A DNA stretch of 64,000 bases from Podarcis pityusensis (Eukaryota), in assembly GCA_964106645.2 (NCBI GenBank), contig OZ067038.1, one strand, 5' to 3'. This document shows, in pieces, positions 51,289 through 62,872 of this stretch. Below the pieces are notes generated by a model. The model saw nothing but the letters and a program-made list of their open reading frames with translations, was not told the origin of the DNA and made no database searches. A program made the translations under genes and the position numbers. Position 1 is the stretch's first letter. Each line of letters opens with the position of its first letter.

Positions 51289-54200
51289 TCTGAATCTTTG
51301 TTGAACTCAAAATAGGTTCCCCTCTTTCTCCAATCAACTCTCTTCACCCACTCCAGAACTGACACTGACCAGGGAAAATTATGAATTTCATGGATGCCTC
51401 ATTTGCACTGGTGTTTAAATGCATGATCTCTTGAAAGTGAAAAAATATCAGTGCTGCTGAAACAGACAAAGACTTTTCATCTGTGTTTTGATGGAGAGCA
51501 TATGGACCTCTCTTTTTTTCTTTTAAATTCCCGAAGAGGAGAAAAGCCCAAGCTTGTGAAATTAGCAAGACATTTCCTAACATTCCAATTTCATTGGGGA
51601 CTTGAGAATGTGGACAGTGTTTAGGCTGAAAAAAAGGATGCCTGGTGGAGAAAACATCTCATAATAGTGTAATATCACTTTGTGCTGTATTGTTTCCTCC
51701 AATGTCATGGCATTCCACTCTCTAAGTAAATGAGCTATATATGGAGGGAGATCTGTGCCAAATTTCTTTACTTTTGATTACTCCTTTCTTTTCTGTTTGC
51801 AATTCTATAGCCAGCACTTTCAGATCCATTCCAAAATAGAGTATGGTCATATTGCATTGCATTGTTCACTTTAACATTCCTGTACTGGATACAAAAAGCT
51901 CAATTGTTCAGTAAATACCACAAATAACCTCTCGTTATGACTGTGTTTAGGACATATTATATACAGCATTGTCTAAAATATTAAAAGCTGGATCAATGAG
52001 AAATGGGAGTGGGAGAAAAGATGATTTTAAAGGAAGTGGGAGAGTTTCCAAGTGGAAGTGAAAAGGAAGTCAGAGGGTTAGGCCAGGCTTGGTTTTAGCT
52101 ATCTGAAAAAAGAAAGAAAAAGAATTGTTATAAATTGCCTTAAAAGAAGTGAGATGGCATCCTTTCCCAACTCATACCACTTGAGCATAGAACTGATTGC
52201 AGAATGGTCTGAGAAAACAAGAACTGATGTTTCTTCATATTTGACTTTGTCATAGGCTTTTACTTCCTCCCCCTTTGCCTTTCACTGGTACTCCAGATTT
52301 TCTGGCCAGCATTTGGCAATGGGGACTTTGCCACTTGCCATCAAGCCCTTTTATCTGCTGCTGTCAATTTGCACCTGCCAGTCCTGGAGTTTGAGTTCTG
52401 ACTGTCTCCAAATAAAACAAAGTCACCATCTTCAACTCAGGAAGGTATGTACTGTGATGGTCTTCTTCAAGGTGACTCTACTCAGGTGGCTCAAGCAAGT
52501 AGTTGCACAGGTAAGGTTCAAAGCAGAGCGTTTTTCCAAGCACCAACTGTTTAATTTTTGTGCCACAGAGATTCCTCTGGTGCTCGGGATTGCATGCAGT
52601 CACCCAGATATTTTTCATATGATTTTTGATTCTCCAAAGTCAGAGTGCAGATTTGGGAAGGAAATCATTACTGAAAAGCTAGAATCCTGACAAAAGACTG
52701 AGCTCAGCCACACCTTTTAGCTTTCTGAGCTGTTTGTGGCTGCATAAATGTGGCATTTTAATTCTAGAATCAATGGAGAATGTGTATATGTTTTCCCCCC
52801 TACATAGTTGATGCACAATCTCGATCTATTGCATTATTATTTTTTGCCCCTATTTTTGGTTTCGTTCCAAAAATAGAAGCTTATTGAAGATTGATTCTGC
52901 ATTACTGTGCAGTGTGTCCATTTGAAAACAGGTGACAAGAGATGGAGGTAGTCCCGGCAATGGGCTTCTGGCTACAACTGCCCAGTGTTGTTGGTGGGCA
53001 TATACCAATATTGCAATCACCACTTCCTTCACTTACTGCAAGTTCAGGAAGCAAAAAGGCATGGGAAACCTAATCAAGGGGAGGGTTTTCACATGCTTAT
53101 CACGTAACCAAATCCACCACTGCAGACATCAGGATTTAGATTCAATCTAGACCGAAAGCAGCATATTGAGGATGATGAGCACAAACGACTTCAGACTGAG
53201 GAAAACTACATTTTTGTGCTACAAATGGGTTAGTGTGTACGCAGCCTGTTTCTCCAACTGTGCATTCAGACTGCTCTCACGGTGACTTTCTCTCCCCGTA
53301 TTATCATTCCTTTCCTCCTTCCTGTCAGAACTAGTTGCACTTTTTTGTTTCCAGCCGTCACCTGCTTCTGCTTGCAACTGGAGTGGAAATTATCAACAGC
53401 GTCGTGGAGATGCAACCACAGAAATAGCTTGTAACCGGCAATACAGTTTTAAGACAAAACAAAACTGATGACTGGCCAGGGCGACTGAGAGTCTAGTGTC
53501 TAGTTAGCATCTACAGCAGGTTAAATAAATAATAGACCCTGGGGAGGCTAATTTAAACAGCACCAATTATTTTTGGGCTTGCCATTGGGGCCATAGAGGT
53601 TAAACCAGGGCTGCGGAGCCTCTGCACTGCTTGGTGTTGCTGGACTCCATTTCCCATCAGCCAGAGCTGATAGGTCTCATCCAGCAACATCTGGAGGACC
53701 ATTGGTTGCCCATTGGTGTTAAAACTTTGCTATAAGTATGCTGCAGTCCCAGTGAAAACTGAGAGCTCTCTTAGTCTAGTATTAAATTGACATCTAGTTT
53801 TGCCCTGAACTGACAACCAGAAGGGCTTACAAGGCAATAGCATATGCTGTGCTGTGGTGGAGCCACAACAGATGCTGTGTAACCTGGGAGGGGCTTGAAT
53901 GGGACCAGGCAGCAAGGTCAGGGTTGTGTGGTCACACCAGTAAGAGCTCTGGATTGGCTCTGCTAGTGTAGCCTTGCTGCACCCCATCTAGGTAAGCTGC
54001 AGTGCCATCAGTGTTGGGAGGGTGACATTACTGCTACTACCCCATCATCAGCCACAACTGCTATAAAGCAAAGGGCGGAATGGATTGGCCTTCTGTCTCT
54101 GGCTAGGGAGAAGGTTGTCTTGTCTTTCATTTACCATGAACCCAAGTTCCTTCCCAGGCCAGACTAAGATCTGTTCACCTTTAGACTCAGTAAGTTTCCT

Positions 54201-54676
54201 TCAAAGACACATGCATGTCCTCAATCAAAATGATATTTTTTTAAAAAATAATAATATTTGGATGGCTTTTACCCTGACACTAAAAGAGACATCAACATTT
54301 CAGTCCAGTGGTAAATCTAAATCCGGTATTACTGTGGTGTTAATAACAGAGAGGGCTAAATCCACGGTGAATTGATTTCTTGGAACTGAATAGACTATTG
54401 GCCTCAGCCGAGAAGCAGCTCCAGTCAATGAAGGAATGGCCCTTTCAATTTAGTTCTACTGCTGTCGATGTAAATAAAATTGCCCATGAAGCCAATTGCA
54501 CTTCCTTACTGTGTGCACTTGAAGCCATCCAATTTTTTGCAAATGGCTGTTTTATGTTAGTAGAAGGATTAGGAGAGGGTGCCGGCCAATTGCAGGTCAC
54601 AGTTTACTTTGAAGGTCAGTTGGGGATTATAATCGGGCAATTAAGATTAACTGGGGCATAACCAAAAGTGATAAAA

Positions 54677-54833
54677 GGAAGGAAGGAAGGAAAGAAGGAA
54701 AGAAGGAAAGAACAGGAAAACCTGCTCATGAAAGGATCCAGAATTCCCTAAACCCAATTACTTAATCCAAATGAAGAAATAAAATAAAATAAAGTGAAAT
54801 GAAATGAAATGAAATAATGAAATAAAATAAAAT
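54677..54833. repeat. (GGAA)n and (AAAAT/GAAAT)n simple repeats
   Basis: Directly visible. Confidence 0.9.
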
Positions 54834-56205
54834 GCATCTGAAGGCAGTCTCTACCATATTTGACTTTGTGGAGCCACTGTTGACTTGAAAAGAAAGCTCA
54901 CCAAACATTAGATAGCTGCAGTTGCTTTGGTTTAATTACACCGCTGTTCACTGCTGTTGATCAATGAATGGGTACCATACATAGAGGAAAGGTATTTGAA
55001 TAGCTTCCTCCCTGCTTAAATGAAAGGGAGTGGAATTGACCCTGAAAAGAAGGAGGAACTCAGGAGGAGATGAAGAGCTTCAGAGACTGAACATGCTGCA
55101 CACTTAATGATGGAGACCATTAGGCCTGTCCAATTCAATGTGGATACTGGGGCACAGGCACTAGCCCTGTGCCTAATGGCTGTATAGAAGAATGTCAGCC
55201 ATGCTGCCTCTCCTTCCATTCAAGTGCTGTGACAGAAGGTACCAAATTAGCTGGAACGGTTCCTTCAGTGCAGCTAATTGAAAAAAAGCCACAGCAGGAC
55301 CCACAGGTATGAATCTGGAAACCAACGAGATCAGCTTAAATCAACTTGCTGCTTTCTGTTAAATGTACTAAAGCATCTCTCGCAATCCTCCCTGACAGGA
55401 AAGGTGCGTGGAGGAAAGCAGGGTAACACATATGAGGGACTGTGTGGCCAGCAGTGGCACATCCTCATGTGTCATAGCCACTCTGTACATTTAAAGCGCA
55501 TGGCTGCCCCTAAAGAATCTTGGGAACTGTAGTTTGCCCTCCACAGAGCTACAGTTCCCATCCCCCTTAAGTTCCCATGTGCTTTAAATGTGTGGTGCGG
55601 ATGTGACCAGTGTCTCTGAGCTGTCCATCTGTCTCAGCGTCTTGATGTTCACTTGTAAGGAACTAACTGCTTTGGCTGCTTTTACCTTCCCCCCACCCCC
55701 AATCTTGTTTGGAGAAGCTGGCAGACTGAATCTCCTTTCCTCTCACAGTCAGAGGCAGCGGCATATGAATCACCTTCTCTGTACTTCTGAAGCGGTTCCC
55801 ACGCTGCCAGGTATGTTCTGAGGTAATGAAGAACGATGGAAGGAGTGATCTGCAGAGGCTTTCAAAAGCAAACTATGAAAACACACACACGTTACCCAGC
55901 GCAAACAGTACAGGATACAGCGGGGTTGTGAGTAAATGTCATTTTAAAATTGTTTCGTTCTCAATGAAGCTTTCCTTTTCTTATTAGAAAATCAAGTCCT
56001 TTGTTAGTTAACACCAAACAGTTGATACCATCCCCTCCATCCCCTCCTCAGTTTGGCATTATAAAGCTTCCCTATGAATCTGGGGAAACAATGTTCTATT
56101 TTTCTCCTTCTTAATTATTAGTACTCACAGTGCATGGCTCTGACTTCTTGCAGGAAGTGAGCATTAATTAAAATGGCCCCCTACAGGTAATTTTAAAAAG
56201 TATCA

Positions 56206-56357
56206 TCATAGAACCATAGAATTGTAGAGTTGGAAGGGGCGACAAGGGTCATCCAGTCCAACCCCCTGCAATGCAGGAATATTTTGCCCAATGTGGAACT
56301 CGAACTCATCACCCTGAGATTCAGAGTCTCATGCTCTACCGACTGAGTTATCCCAGG
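56206..56357 (-). mobile_element. tRNA-Lys-derived SINE with CR1 3' tail
   Basis: Minus strand: ATAACTCAGTCGGTAGAGCATGAGACTCTGAATCTCAGGGTGATGAGTTCGAGTTCCACATTGGGCA (aligns by eye to tRNA-Lys-CTT) fused to ATTCCTGCATTGCAGGGGGTTGGACT..CCAACTCTACAATTCTATG. Confidence 0.85.
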
Positions 56358-56410
56358 TCCTCAATCTGGAAAATATTGTCCATGATTTCATCCAACTCCA
56401 CTTTGTAAAG

Positions 56411-56937
56411 CAGGGGTGGGAAGCCTCAGGCCCAGGGGCCAAATGCAGCCCTCTAGCCCAGGCATAGGCAAACTCTAGCTCTCCAGATGTTTGGGACTAC
56501 AAATCCCATCATCCCTAGCTAACAGGACAGGGATGATGGGAACTGTAGTTCCAAACATCTGGAGGGCTGGAGTTTGCCTATGCCTGCTCTAGCCTTCTCT
56601 TTCAGGCCCTTGGAACCCACCCCAGGCCACACATCCTTCTAAGACATACATCCTCTATCTGGACCACGCCTTTTATTGATCATGTTTTGCAGCCTCCTTG
56701 GATGTTTTTGCCTGGCTGGAAACTGTCCTCGAATTCTGATGACGTTTCTCACTTGCCTGAATTGAGGATAAAAGGAGGTGTGCAAGGATGCGCGGAAACT
56801 AGTCTCCTGTGCAAAAGTAGACTTCACACTCATTGGCCACTTGGGCCTCTAGCCCCACCTACTGCTGACATGTGGCCCCTGTCAGGCTGCCCAGAAGAGA
56901 ATGTGGCCCTTGGGCAGAAAATGTTCTCCCGTCCCTT
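56411..56937. mobile_element. hAT (Charlie/Buster-type) element, host of a nested MITE
   Basis: CAGGGGTGGGAAGC / GTTCTCCCGTCCCTT termini; TSD TTGTAAAG vs CTATAAAG. Confidence 0.65.
56459..56586. mobile_element. Palindromic hAT MITE (128 bp)
   Basis: TIR CAGGCATAGGCAAACTC / GAGTTTGCCTATGCCTG, near-complete fold-back; perfect TSD CTCTAGCC. Confidence 0.92.
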
Positions 56938-57449
56938 CTATAAAGCATCTGCTGACTTTTTGGAGTGTCAGTAGGGTTAGGAATGTAACTATCGACCACA
57001 ACAAATAGCAGAGCAACAGTACAGAGGAGGAAGAAAGGAGAGAAACATGAAACAGGAGGCACAGTGGGAAGTGAAGGAGCCAGCAACAGTGACAGGAAAG
57101 TGTGTGAGAGAAAAGAGGTTGTGTAAGGGCACTAAAGTAATTAATCTGAGCAACATGCCATTGTGGGTTCCTACTTGTAATCAATAAGTGAGTGGACTGC
57201 GAACAGTTTTCTGGCAGTGCATGACAGGGCTCTGCAAACAGACACCTTGTAATAATACACAAAGAAACATTCTGAGGGGCAGCGAGTGCGGAAAGTCAAG
57301 AAACCTGAAGGGTCCACATGATACATTCAAAACACTTTGCTCAGAAACTGAACGTTTCAGACAGGCAGAATGGCTGTTTTTAAGTCAAAGAGAAAGCAAT
57401 AAGGGCTGGGATGAATTCTCTCTCAGAGAGGCATTAGGTATCAGGGTTT

Positions 57450-57927
57450 CATTGACTATGAACCCCAAAATTTAGGATCCCCTTGAAACCAGTGCCAGGT
57501 TTTGCAGTTTTTTTGCAGCGTTTGGCAGAGAAAAACCTGTGTTTTGCAGCACCCCACAAACAGAGTAATGGATACAGCAACCCCGGGTTCGTAGTTAATG
57601 CCCCCAAATGCAACATTGTCTGATTCACTCCAAATTTGGCATAAGTCTTGCAGTGTCTTGCAGCAAAACCCTCGTATTTTGCAGGGCTCCACAAACAGAG
57701 CAATAGGCACTCAAACCTGGGGTAATGGGGTCACCCGAAAACCAAACATCGTCCAATTTTCTCGGACAATGTTGGGTTTTTCGGCATTAACTATGAACCC
57801 CATTGTGATGTCTCAATTACTCCATTTCTGGGGTGCTGCAAAACGTGGAGTTTTTGCTGCAAAATGATTGCAAAACTTTGGCACCTGTTTTGAGGGGATC
57901 CCAGATTTTGGGGTTGGTAGTTAATTA
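57450..57927. mobile_element. Fold-back element with ~170-bp imperfect inverted arms
   Basis: ATTGACTATGAACCCCAAAATTTAGGATCCCC.. mirrors ..GGGGATCCCAGATTTTGGGGTTGGTAGTTAAT; internal repeats of TTAACTA(T/C)GAACCC and TTTGCAG..CCACAAACAGAG. Confidence 0.7.
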
Positions 57928-58088
57928 AGCTAGGACTCACTGCTGTCCAAGGGGCTAGGCTTGCACTGTCTGCTCTGTGTGGCCAGGAGGGACAGGCGAT
58001 GGGTATGTATGTGGCAGGCCTTCCCTCTCCAAGAAGCCTGTCTGCATCTTCTGGTTTCAAAACCTGAAAAGTGTCCATAGAAATATAA

Positions 58089-58294
58089 TAAAAAAATTCC
58101 TTCCAGTAGCACCTTAGAGACCAACTAAGTTTGTTATTGGTATGAGCTTTCATGTGTATGCACACTTCTTCAGATACCTTGCACACAAAAGCTCATACCA
58201 ATAACAAACTTATTTGGTCTCTAAGGTGCTACAGGAAGGAATTTTTTAATTTTGTTTTGACTACAGCAGACCAACACGTCTTCCTACCTGTAAC
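58089..58294. mobile_element. Penelope-like element remnant (inverted pseudo-LTR)
   Basis: ~60-bp inverted arms AAAAAATTCCTTCCAGTAGCACCTTAGAGACCAAC..TGAGCTTT / AAAGCTCATACC..GGTCTCTAAGGTGCTACAGGAAGGAATTTTTT and tail CAGACCAACACG..CCTACCTG. Confidence 0.8.
58139..58178 (-). ncRNA. Minimal type I hammerhead ribozyme motif (Penelope-associated, probably decayed)
   Basis: Minus strand GGUAU-CUGAAGA-A-GUGUG-CAUA-CACAU-GAAA-GC-UC-AUACC: helix I GGUAU/AUACC, both core boxes, helix II, palindromic AGCU helix III, UC cleavage site. Confidence 0.7.
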
Positions 58295-60251
58295 ACAGAA
58301 ATATAGCAAAAACATTTAAGTTGGGGACAAGCAATTTTTTTCTACCAGGCACATCAACATTTTGTCACATCACTGATTTATACTGTTGCTACCTGAAAAT
58401 TAGGATCAAGGGAGAATGAAGTCATGTCTGTTGAGCTCTTCAGCTGTAGCGACAACCAGCAACTAAGTTGCTACTCACTTTGGGTACAGTTCAATCTTGT
58501 ACAGAACTCATTCACTTCAGTGGAGGGTGTTTTGTTGATACAATATATATCCTGCCTCTTTTCATTCCTGGCAATTGAAATGGTGTAACACATGCAGTCT
58601 CCCATCCAGGCACGGACTAGACCCAGACTTGCATAGCTTCTTCAGCAAAGTGATTGAATCAAGTACCCTCAGGGACCTTGTCCCGGGAAATGTATAGGCA
58701 GGAGAGTGTCTTGATGGACTGTGTCAGTGAATAGACTATTGCTATGGGAATGTAACTTGCCGGGAATTTTTTCAATCAATATTTAGGCCAGTGCTTGAAC
58801 CAATAACATTGACTGACGGGTAACCCTGTCCAGAGAATTTTATCAACTGAATGTTGCTCCCAAAACTTCATTGAAACTTTCAGTGATGAGTGGAACTATT
58901 AAACAAATTCCTGGCGCTACTGCTAAGCCAGCACTGTAGTCTTGAAATCGTATTCTTTTTCTTTTCTTTTTACCCCTGTTGCTTTATCACAATCATTATA
59001 ATTGTTCCACTCGCTGGACATGCCGAAAGCCCCATTTTCTACAGTCCTTTCTGCGTAATGGAACCCTTGGTTGTGTTAATAAGAGCAATCTATCTCCTTT
59101 GGGCTCTGGTGGTTACATACAGGGTTTATAATGGATTATCGCACGTTACAGCAATGCTGTTTCTCAAGGGCATTGGAATGGTCATAATGCAGGATAAAAC
59201 TATTTGAGAGGGTGAGGAAGGAGACCTGTCGGTGCATCCATCCATTTTACAAGAGCGGAGAAGGAATGCGTGATTTAATGTTCAAACTACTTTCTTTTTT
59301 TAAAAAAACCAAACCTATATGTATAAAAAATGCTGTGTCCCATTTAGTAGCAGTTGTTTCTCTAGCTGGTTATGGTAAATAGATCTGTGCTGAATTCCCT
59401 CCCCGCTCATTTTTGAGGCTGAAGTCTGCTTCTGAGATTGTGTGAAAAGCAATATGAAAAACTTGCCTTCCACTTTTCACGCTATTTTTCACACACTGCC
59501 TTCCTTCTCCAGGTCTGCTTCTTCTTCTTCAGCACCTTACATTCAAATATACACCAATCTTTGCGTTCCTACAATGGGATTTATTTCTGTGCTTGGTGCA
59601 CTACTGATTTTCTCAGCAAGGCATGTTGAGCATCAGACAATTAAGAGTTTTGGGTTAGGTTGGGGGGAAATTATACATTTTTTAATGTCCTCCCCCTCCC
59701 CCCATGCTGTACATGCAACGCAGGAGCCAGTTGCATCTCTCAGCAGTCCTCTGGAAAATGCTGTAAACTGCTGAACCAAGAAATGCTGGAATTTGACCTT
59801 CTGTTACTCATGTTATAAACAAATTTCCACTTCTCAGAGCTACCTGCTGAGCTTCACACAGCAGGAAGCCATCCTGAGTCAGTTTGCACATATCTGGCAG
59901 GTGAAAGCCAGTCAGTGGGTGTCTGGCTAGGTTCCTTAGTGTCCAGGCATCATTTGTTCAGACAAAGCCTGATGACTTGGATGCCCTGACACTCTCAATC
60001 TGGCTTCTCGGGACCTTTCCTCTTACAATTTTTCTACCTCTCTGTAGGTGGTTGCAGAGATGAGAAGGGAAGGAGGTGGACAGAAATCCTAGATTGTGTG
60101 AATTTGCCAGTCCTCTAAATGGAAGAATTGTCGAGAATGATTTGTGGTTGTGTGTATGGGTGGAGATGAATTTCAGCCAGAGATCGATATATGCTGGACC
60201 GTAAGAGCAATTTTGGATCCAAGACTGCAGACAATCTTTGATCAAATCATA

Positions 60252-60985
60252 ATGTTAAGAAGAGTCCTGCTGTATCAGTTCAAAGGCTCATCCGGTTCAG
60301 CATTCTGCTCTCATAGTGGCCAATCAGATGCCCGTGGAAAACCTACAAGCAGAGAAAACGAGCACGACAGCACTCTCCCCTCTCATAATTCCTAGCAGCT
60401 AGTGTTCAGAGGCATGCTGTTTCTGGCAGGACAGGTAGTATCTAGCCATCATGCCATGTAGGCATAGACTTATTCTCCATAAATTTGTCTAAACAGCTTT
60501 GGAAGCCATCCAATCATTAGTACAATGTATGGATGTGAGCCCCATAGTTTTAACTATGGATTGTGTGAAGAAGAACTTACTGTTACCTGGCCTGAGTACC
60601 CCAAATTTCAGCTTCACTGGCTTCTAGTACTTTGAGAAAGGGAGGGGGAAAAGAGTGTCTCTATCCACATTCTCCACACTAAGCACAATCTTACACACTC
60701 CAGCATGTCTCCCCTTGCTCATCTTTGTTTGTAAGCTAAAAAAAAAAGCCTCAGATGTAACCTTTCTCCATAGAGGAATTGAGCCAGGCACGTGATCATT
60801 TTGTTTGCCCTATTCCAGCTCTACATTATCTTTTTTAAGGTGAGGCAACCAGAACCATATTCCAAGTGCAGCCATGACAGAGTTTTCTATAATGGCATTA
60901 TGGCACTGGCAGCTTTATTTTCAATCCCTTTCCTAATGATCCCTAATGTGGAATTTGCCTTTTACACAGCTGCTGTACCTTGAAG
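60252..60985 (-). mobile_element. Old CR1-type LINE 3' fragment
   Basis: TAAGAAGAGTCCTGCTG.ATCAG..AAAGGCTCATC tail (shared with ~62105-62265 and ~39685-39955) and decayed reverse-strand ORF2 sequence (CCAGAAC..TATTCCAAGTG). Confidence 0.65.
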
Positions 60986-61163
60986 CACTCTCTTTTCTCC
61001 TTCGCAAAGGGCATAATCCTAGGCATGCGTTCTTGGCAGCAAGCACCACTGAATGAGAGGCTTATTTCTAAGCAGACTTTCAGCTCAAGCCGACGCCTGT
61101 TTAAGTTCACAGGCGCTTGTTCAGGAGTGTGCAAATCAGCCCTAAGAAGGCGCAATACAATAC

Positions 61164-61166
<3 letters not shown>

Positions 61167-61204
<38 letters not shown>
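61167..61204. repeat. (TG)n microsatellite (others at 24013-24031 and 51255-51286; (TA)n at 61438-61473)
   Basis: Directly visible. Confidence 0.95.
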
Positions 61205-61205
<1 letters not shown>

Positions 61206-61435
61206 TAGCTTGCCTTTGTAAGTATTGTATTGTTTTAAGTATGACGGTGGCATAATCTTATGCTTACAATGCAACTTGAATATTGTGATCCCGCTCAGAC
61301 TGCATAATGTCTGATATGCTTCTCATTGTCTATTTTAATCCTTAACGAATCTGCTGTTTTGAGTGTATAGAAGCAGATTCGTTACTTTTGTGAATTCAGC
61401 AGAGACCGACCAATCAGTTCATTATGCAGGCTGCA

Positions 61436-61476
<41 letters not shown>

Positions 61477-62430
61477 TGGTAAATCTTTATTGGTTTAAAA
61501 TACAGACGCAAATGATAATTTACAATGAAGGTAAGTATAAAAGAATTGAATACAGAAAAAAAAATCAAGACATAAGAATAAGAAAAAAGAAGATAAAAAG
61601 ATAAAAAAGATAGGAAAAGAACCAAAAATTTATACAGAATCATATCCATCAAATAAAAATTTATGCATAAAACTTCCAATCATTCTCATTATACTGTTTA
61701 TATAATCATGATTTTATCGCACAGCTTTACCTTATATCCTTTTTCATATATTCCATTAAAGTATTCATTTCATTCATTTTTGTTTACAGGTATCATTCCA
61801 GTTCTGCTAAGATGGTATCATTTGTACAATATAATCTTATATATTCCTTAAATATTTTCCATTCTCCATATATTTTCTGATTTAAAGTGAAATATAAAAC
61901 CAGTTGTCTGGAACTGACTTCCTGAGAGAAACATTGGATGTCTTACATCTTGAAGAAGCAGCTAAACTGTTGGTTCTGGCCCATATTCATAGAATGCCTT
62001 GCTCTTCAAAAAGGAATAGCAAGGTGGGTGGGGGAATGATGGAGACAGTGACCCTTTCTCAAGGATGAGGGCCTTCAAGACGTTGGTTCTGGGGTGGAGC
62101 TGTGAATGTAAGAAGAGCCCTGCTGGATCAGCCCAGTGGTCCATTTAGTCCAGCATCCTGTTCTCACAGTGACCAACAAGATGCCTTGTGGGAAACTCAC
62201 AAGCAGGACACAAATGCAACAACACTCTTCCCACTGGTGCTTTTCAACAACTGGCATTTAGAGGCGTACGAGAGGAAACCGCATGACAAGTGTCATGTCT
62301 CATTTAGCTTTCAGTTGCACACAGTGTCTGGGTGGCTGCTATCACATAGTTGTCAAGGATTCTGGGATGAAATCTATATCAGCTTTGGCAGTCATGTCAG
62401 CAACTCTTGTTTCAGGCCAGCTCTGAATAA

Positions 62431-62872
62431 TTCTTTTTTATTATTAATATTCTATATTTTTAATAAAATTTTCTGTTTTACATTTTAGAATAACCCCTTC
62501 TTTAGAAGACTTCCATTCTTCTCTTTCCCTGGTTCATTTTACAAAACACAAATCCCTGCATATTTTATATAAACTAAACCATTCAGTATTCCATTATTAC
62601 ATCCATCAAAATTTATTTACACTGTTGAATTTATATTAATGCTGCCCACGATTTCAAATAAACGTAATTTCCCATATATTCAGTAAACTTTTTCCAGTCT
62701 TCATTAAACATATGTTCTTCCTGATCTCTTATTCTGTCTGTTTGGTCCGCAAGTTGTGCATATTCCACCAGTTTAAATTGCCATTCTTCTTTAAGTGGGA
62801 CTTCGCTCAATTTCCATTTTTGGGCTGACAAAATACGAGCTGCAGTAGTGGCAAACATAAATAACCTTCTGA
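62431..62872 (-). mobile_element. L1 LINE 3' fragment, same family as 42954-43532
   Basis: Translation MFATTAARILSAQKWKLSEVPLKEEWQFKLVEYAQLAD..RIRDQEEHMFNEDWKKF; 3'UTR alignable by eye with 43330-43530. Confidence 0.88.

Noticed and set aside
56285-56357. Functional tRNA-Lys gene
   Set aside because: Anticodon loop and stems carry substitutions, and it is fused directly to a CR1 tail, so it is a SINE head
54387-58741. 14-mer TGAATAGACTATTG shared by two candidate enhancer blocks
   Set aside because: Several exact 14-mer pairs are expected by chance in 64 kb, so this is not significant without conservation data
60030-60250. Plus-strand exon after CTCTCTGTAG
   Set aside because: Stops in all three frames shortly after the acceptor; no recognisable protein
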